From the NCBI GenBank assembly GCA_964014945.1, contig CAXHCC010000001.1, forward strand, positions 1-40,400: a stretch of 40,400 nucleotides of DNA, read 5' to 3'. The DNA is from an uncultured bacterium. Lineage in GTDB: Bacteria > Bacteroidota > Bacteroidia > 2-12-FULL-35-15. The position numbers were made by a program, and so were the translations under genes. The notes under the pieces were generated by a model. That model ran no database searches and was not told the DNA's origin. It saw only the letters and a list, made by a program, of their open reading frames with translations. Below, piece by piece: positions 36,132-40,400 of this stretch (within the stretch, counting starts at the first letter, position 1; every line of letters starts with the position of its first letter).

Positions 36132-37247
36132 ATGCTTAGCAACGAAGAAGCTTTACGTTATTCACGCCAAATTCGCTTAGACGAAATTGGGGTTGAGGGA
36201 CAAGAAAAGCTTCAAGGTGCTAAAGTGTTGGTAATTGGTGCTGGTGGTTTAGGTTGTCCTGTTTTACAGTATTTAAGTGCTGCTGGTGTAGGTACTATTG
36301 GTGTAGTTGATTTTGATGTAGTGAGTGCTACCAATTTACACCGGCAGGTATTGTTTAGCCAGGCCGATGTGGGCAAAGAAAAAGTGGCTTGTGCCATTGA
36401 TGTGCTTTCTAAACAAAATCCTTTTGTAAAATTTGTTCCGCACACAAAAGGTATAAATAACAACAATGCCTTAGAAATAATTAAAGATTACGATTTGGTA
36501 ATTGACGGTACCGACAATTTTTCTACCCGATATTTAGTTAACGACGCTTGTGTATTATTAAACAAAACATTGGTATACGGTTCCATTTCTAAATTTGAAG
36601 GGCAGGTATCTTTATTTAACGCACCCACTTCAAATGATGAACGTGGACCTAATTACCGTTGTTTATTTCCAGAGCCCCCTTCGCCCGAATCGGCACCTAA
36701 CTGTTCGGAGGTTGGCGTGTTGGGTATATTGCCAGGCATAATTGGTTGCCTGCAAGCCAATGAAGCCATAAAGTATATAACCGGTGCTGGCCAAAACTTA
36801 ATTGGTAAACTGTTTGTATTCAACGCTTTAAATATGAGTAGTTACAATATAACTTTTGGTAAGGCCGAGGAGTTTGCTGGCCCAGAAAATTTTGACGAAT
36901 TAGAAGACTTTGATTACGATTATTTTTGCAGCGCAAATCAAGAGTCGGATAAAGAGGTTACTACCCAAGAACTTAAAAGCTTAATGGAAAATAATCGGGA
37001 CACCATTAGCGTTATTGATATAAGAGAAGAAGGAGAATTGCCAACTACTGAAGGTTTGAGTGATCAGCAAATGCCTTTTAGTACTTTTGTAGATAACAAA
37101 CACAAACTGCCTGAAAACAAACAACTTATACTGGTTTGTAACAGTGGCAACAGAAGTCTAAATGCAATAGAGGCCTTTAATAATGAAGGTTTTGATGATG
37201 TTGTAAGTTTAAAAGGTGGCATTGAAGACTGGCTAAGTACACCATAA
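36132..37247 (+). CDS. ThiF/MoeB-family adenylyltransferase fused to a C-terminal rhodanese domain
   Basis: The start was revised to ATG 36132 (MLSNEEALRYSRQIRL). GAGGLGCP nucleotide loop. DNFSTRYLVND. CxxC-like NYRCLFP...APNCSE. Rhodanese active loop CNSGNRS. Confidence 0.85.
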   Translation: MLSNEEALRYSRQIRLDEIGVEGQEKLQGAKVLVIGAGGLGCPVLQYLSAAGVGTIGVVDFDVVSATNLHRQVLFSQADVGKEKVACAIDVLSKQNPFVKFVPHTKGINNNNALEIIKDYDLVIDGTDNFSTRYLVNDACVLLNKTLVYGSISKFEGQVSLFNAPTSNDERGPNYRCLFPEPPSPESAPNCSEVGVLGILPGIIGCLQANEAIKYITGAGQNLIGKLFVFNALNMSSYNITFGKAEEFAGPENFDELEDFDYDYFCSANQESDKEVTTQELKSLMENNRDTISVIDIREEGELPTTEGLSDQQMPFSTFVDNKHKLPENKQLILVCNSGNRSLNAIEAFNNEGFDDVVSLKGGIEDWLSTP

Positions 37248-37252
37248 AAGCT

Positions 37253-38491
37253 ATGGAAACCGAAAACAAATCAGCACTTGCACAAGGGGTTAAATTGGTT
37301 GGTATTGGCAAGCACGGTAGCAAAAAGCTGCCTGTAGCACTTATTACCCAAATTAAAGATGAGTTGCTTTTGGGCCAACAGCCCGACATATTAGTAGGAG
37401 CATTTGTAGGCGCCTTGCTTATGAAGGATATTGATGATGAACTGCTTGTATTAGAAGAATATTTAGGTGCAGGAGCTTTTAGCAACCATCAAATTATTTG
37501 GGATAATTTATTGGAAGGCACACCAACCTATTTGCACGGTTCTGCCCTTAAGTTAATGGCAAAGGATACGCTCTCTGAAACTGAAGCCTTGGAATTGGGA
37601 AAGTTTTTATTGTCCAATGAAAGTGGTGAAGCATTTCGTGGGTTAGCCGTAAGCATTTTACGCATTCGTTACGAAACCATGGACGAATACAAAGGCTTAT
37701 TTGATGCAATTGTTGCTAACCAAGCTAAAATATTACACCCAATAGAAAGGCTAAATATTCAACTTTCAGAACCTTTTGATGGCGTAGATAGATCCTATAT
37801 GATTACTCCAAACATTGTTGAATTTTTGCAACAAAAAGGTCATAAAGTTGTTGTTTCTTGTGGCCGCTCTTCCGGCCCAAAAAACGTCATCAACAGCTGG
37901 GATATTTATAAGGCATTAGGGGCAAATTTTATACAACCCGATGAAAAGTTGGACGATGAGCAACCAAAATTTGGACAAGTTTTTGATCAAAAAGATCTAT
38001 ATCCAGCATTGGATGGTTGGGTAGATAAAAGACGCGTTATAATGAAGCGCCCCTTTTTAGCCACCCTCGAAAAAGTATTGAATCCGCTTGGGGTTGATAC
38101 TTTAATTACTTCTGTTTTTCATATTCCCTATCTAGAAAAAATGCTGCATTTAGGTTTTATGGCTGGCTTTAAAAATGTGTTGGTTCTAAAACGCGGACAA
38201 GAAGGAACCTTAGGTCCTTCCCTAGCAAAAGCAACCGGCTTATTATGTGCAACACGTACCAGTAATGGAAACATTATAAAGCATGAAATTGATGGACGAG
38301 AAGAGCGTTTTAATGCCTTTAAAATGGAAAGTGATGATGATATAAGTGAGCCAACAATACAGGACAATTTAAAACTTGTACATGCATTTTCAGATGAGGG
38401 AAGTTCAGGAAACGAAGCATTTGATAAACGGATAGCGTTTGCATCTCAACTTTACCTAGAAGGACTTGACTGGTTGGCTGCTAATCAATAA
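37253..38491 (+). CDS. Divergent TrpD-fold (glycosyltransferase family 3 / nucleoside phosphorylase II-like) protein lacking the canonical GTGGD motif
   Basis: Collinear with the TrpD layout: a helical N-terminal domain (LSETEALELGKFLL...ILRIRYETMDEYKGLFDAI), then EPFDGVDRSYMITPNIVEFLQQKGHKVVVSCGRSSGPKN in place of GTGGD..N.S....A..G..V.KHGNR, then KRPFLATLEKVLNPLG and VLVLKRGQEGTL. Assigned by eye only. Confidence 0.35.
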   Translation: METENKSALAQGVKLVGIGKHGSKKLPVALITQIKDELLLGQQPDILVGAFVGALLMKDIDDELLVLEEYLGAGAFSNHQIIWDNLLEGTPTYLHGSALKLMAKDTLSETEALELGKFLLSNESGEAFRGLAVSILRIRYETMDEYKGLFDAIVANQAKILHPIERLNIQLSEPFDGVDRSYMITPNIVEFLQQKGHKVVVSCGRSSGPKNVINSWDIYKALGANFIQPDEKLDDEQPKFGQVFDQKDLYPALDGWVDKRRVIMKRPFLATLEKVLNPLGVDTLITSVFHIPYLEKMLHLGFMAGFKNVLVLKRGQEGTLGPSLAKATGLLCATRTSNGNIIKHEIDGREERFNAFKMESDDDISEPTIQDNLKLVHAFSDEGSSGNEAFDKRIAFASQLYLEGLDWLAANQ

Positions 38492-38525
38492 AACCATGAC
38501 CGTATAAATTAGTATTTAAACCTTC

Positions 38526-38541
38526 CCCGCTTACCAGCGGG
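38526..38541 (+). terminator. Possible terminator hairpin
   Basis: cccgct-tacc-agcggg, located 35 nt after the stop at 38491. There is no strong T-tract. Confidence 0.3.
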
Positions 38542-38607
38542 ATTAGTTTAAAAGCTAGTTTGAGTCTGCTGCAACACGACTATTCAAAATAGAGTTTCAC
38601 TAAAAAT

Positions 38608-38638
38608 TTTGTTAGCCCCTTTATTATCAATACTTTTG
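38608..38638 (+). promoter_or_regulatory. Bacteroidota-type promoter for mnmG (-33 TTTG, 19-nt spacer, -7 TACTTTTG)
   Basis: TTTG at 38608-38611 and TACTTTTG at 38631-38638. The ATG follows 22 nt downstream. Confidence 0.55.
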
Positions 38639-38660
38639 TCCGCTTTTTAGCCTTAACCAC

Positions 38661-40400
38661 ATGTTTAAAGAATACGATGTAATAGTAGTTGGTGGCGGCC
38701 ATGCTGGCTGTGAAGCTGCGGCAGCCGCAGCCAATATGGGCTCTTCTACCCTATTGGTAACTATGAACATGCAAAACATTGCCCAAATGAGTTGCAACCC
38801 GGCCATGGGTGGTATTGCTAAGGGTCAAATTGTGCGCGAAATTGATGCTATGGGGGGCTATTCCGGCATTGTTTCCGATAAATCGGCCATACAGTTTAGA
38901 ATGCTAAACATGTCGAAAGGACCCGCTATGTGGAGCCCAAGAACCCAAAATGATAGAATGCGTTTTGCGGAAGAATGGCGCTTACTTTTAGAGGCTACGC
39001 CTAACGTTGATTTTTGGCAAGATATGGTACAAGAATTAATTGTAGAGGATGGGAAAGTATGCGGTGTAAAAACCGGCATGGATGTTGAAATAAGAGGCAA
39101 AGCAGTTATACTAACCAACGGTACTTTTTTAAATGGTTTAATTCATTTAGGAGAGAAAAATTATGGAGGTGGGCGCGCAGGCGAAGGGGCTGCAAAAGGG
39201 ATAACAGAACAATTAATTGAATTAGGTTTTGAGGCAGGAAGAATGAAAACCGGAACCCCTCCTCGGGTAGATGGTCGCTCCTTGGATTATTCCAAAATGG
39301 AGGTGCAACATGGCGATGAACAGCCAAATAAGTTCTCCTATTTAGATGCCCAACAGTTTCATTTTAAAGCCGAAAAAACGGATGAATATGCTGGTGGACC
39401 AGAAGGACAAGTTCCGTGTTTTATGACTTACACTAATCAGGCAGTACATGATATTTTAAAAACAGGCTTTGAAAAGTCGCCCATGTTTGCGGGTAGGATT
39501 CAAGGAAAAGGGCCCCGTTATTGCCCAAGTATTGAAGATAAAATTACCCGCTTTGCAGAACGTGAAAGGCATCAAATATTTGTAGAGCCAGAAGGGTGGA
39601 ATACAGTAGAAGTTTATGTAAACGGGTTCTCTACTTCGTTACCAGAAGATGTGCAATACAAAGCCTTAAAATTGATTCCAGGTTTTGAGAATGTAAAAAT
39701 GTTTAGGCCCGGATATGCTATAGAATACGATTATTTTCCGCCCCAGCAATTACAATTAACCCTTGAAACAAAGCGCGTAAACAACCTGTATTTTGCGGGG
39801 CAAATAAATGGAACTACGGGCTATGAAGAAGCAGCCTGCCAAGGTTTAATGGCGGGCATTAATGCTCACCTTAAAATAAACAACAAGGAGCCGTTTATAC
39901 TACAACGCTCTGAGGCCTATATAGGCGTTTTAATAGACGATTTGGTAACAAAAGGTACCGAAGAACCCTACCGTATGTTTACCTCACGTGCAGAGTATAG
40001 AATACTGCTTAGACAAGACAATGCAGATATACGATTAACCCCTAAAGCACATGCATTAGGTTTGGCTTCAAAAGAGCGTTTAGATAACGTCCGTAAAAAA
40101 GAAGCGGACACCCAAGAGGTGATTACTTACTTTAAAAAGCAAAGCATTTCACCTGATGATATGAACCCTATTTTAGCGGAATTAAATTCTGCTCCGTTAA
40201 GTCAGAAAGTAAAAATGTATAGCGTAATAACGCGCCCAAATTTAAAGTTGGAGCATTTTGCGCAAGCATCAGAAAACACAAAAACTTTCTTAAATAATTA
40301 TTCAAAAGAGAGCCTAGAACAAGCTGAAATTTTGATGAAATACGAAGGATATATTTCTAAAGAACACGAACTGGCTGACAAGCAAACCAAACTTGAGGAC
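38661..40400 (+). CDS. mnmG: tRNA uridine 5-carboxymethylaminomethyl modification enzyme MnmG (GidA), 3'-truncated by the window edge
   Basis: Hand translation: [34 protein letters not shown]...[23 protein letters not shown]...[12 protein letters not shown]...[12 protein letters not shown]...[15 protein letters not shown]. The frame stays open for 580 codons to the last base. It is not listed in the ORF track. Confidence 0.95.
   Translation, partial: MFKEYDVIVVGGGHAGCEAAAAAANMGSSTLLVTMNMQNIAQMSCNPAMGGIAKGQIVREIDAMGGYSGIVSDKSAIQFRMLNMSKGPAMWSPRTQNDRMRFAEEWRLLLEATPNVDFWQDMVQELIVEDGKVCGVKTGMDVEIRGKAVILTNGTFLNGLIHLGEKNYGGGRAGEGAAKGITEQLIELGFEAGRMKTGTPPRVDGRSLDYSKMEVQHGDEQPNKFSYLDAQQFHFKAEKTDEYAGGPEGQVPCFMTYTNQAVHDILKTGFEKSPMFAGRIQGKGPRYCPSIEDKITRFAERERHQIFVEPEGWNTVEVYVNGFSTSLPEDVQYKALKLIPGFENVKMFRPGYAIEYDYFPPQQLQLTLETKRVNNLYFAGQINGTTGYEEAACQGLMAGINAHLKINNKEPFILQRSEAYIGVLIDDLVTKGTEEPYRMFTSRAEYRILLRQDNADIRLTPKAHALGLASKERLDNVRKKEADTQEVITYFKKQSISPDDMNPILAELNSAPLSQKVKMYSVITRPNLKLEHFAQASENTKTFLNNYSKESLEQAEILMKYEGYISKEHELADKQTKLED

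Noticed and set aside
38858-39327. Minus-strand ORFs 38858-39118 and 39106-39327
   Set aside because: They are antisense to the unambiguous mnmG coding frame.

Overview
The window is a chromosomal segment with Bacteroidota hallmarks: T9SS type A and type B C-terminal sorting domains, a CarboxypepD_reg-type TonB-dependent receptor, and TAnnTTTG -7 promoter boxes. From left to right it contains the following. (1) Two tandem, paralogous giant T9SS adhesin genes, the first cut by the window edge. (2) A 560-bp convergent intergenic region packed with REP-like hairpin elements. (3) Hemerythrin-like and MORN/YwqK-like genes. (4) A visibly AT-rich accessory island at about 8.35-13.4 kb. It carries a Hachiman-like pair: a DUF1837/PD-(D/E)xK HamA-like gene, split into two ORFs, and an SF2 helicase HamB-like gene. 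Downstream is a cryptic 2-TM gene that the ORF track mostly misses, because it is interrupted by an in-frame TGA and a G8 tract that is one nucleotide out of frame. A lipoprotein cassette follows, bracketed by two copies of a ~37-nt hairpin repeat. (5) A PKD-repeat T9SS type A protein built from 240-bp tandem repeats, then VIT1, flavodoxin-like and MazG genes. (6) A His/Cys-rich peptide, TonB-dependent receptor and lipoprotein locus. (7) Housekeeping genes: DUF2568, SRAP, sodA, an S41 peptidase, dCMP deaminase and metH, with a clear SAM-I riboswitch upstream of metH. (8) An OmpA/TPR/PD40 plus beta-propeller envelope cluster. (9) DinB-like, ThiF/MoeB-rhodanese and degenerate TrpD-fold genes. 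(10) A 3'-truncated mnmG that is absent from the ORF track. The best candidate for something new is the defence-like island, especially the broken, possibly phase-variable third gene and the hairpin-bracketed cassette. All family assignments come from motif reading only; no searches were run.
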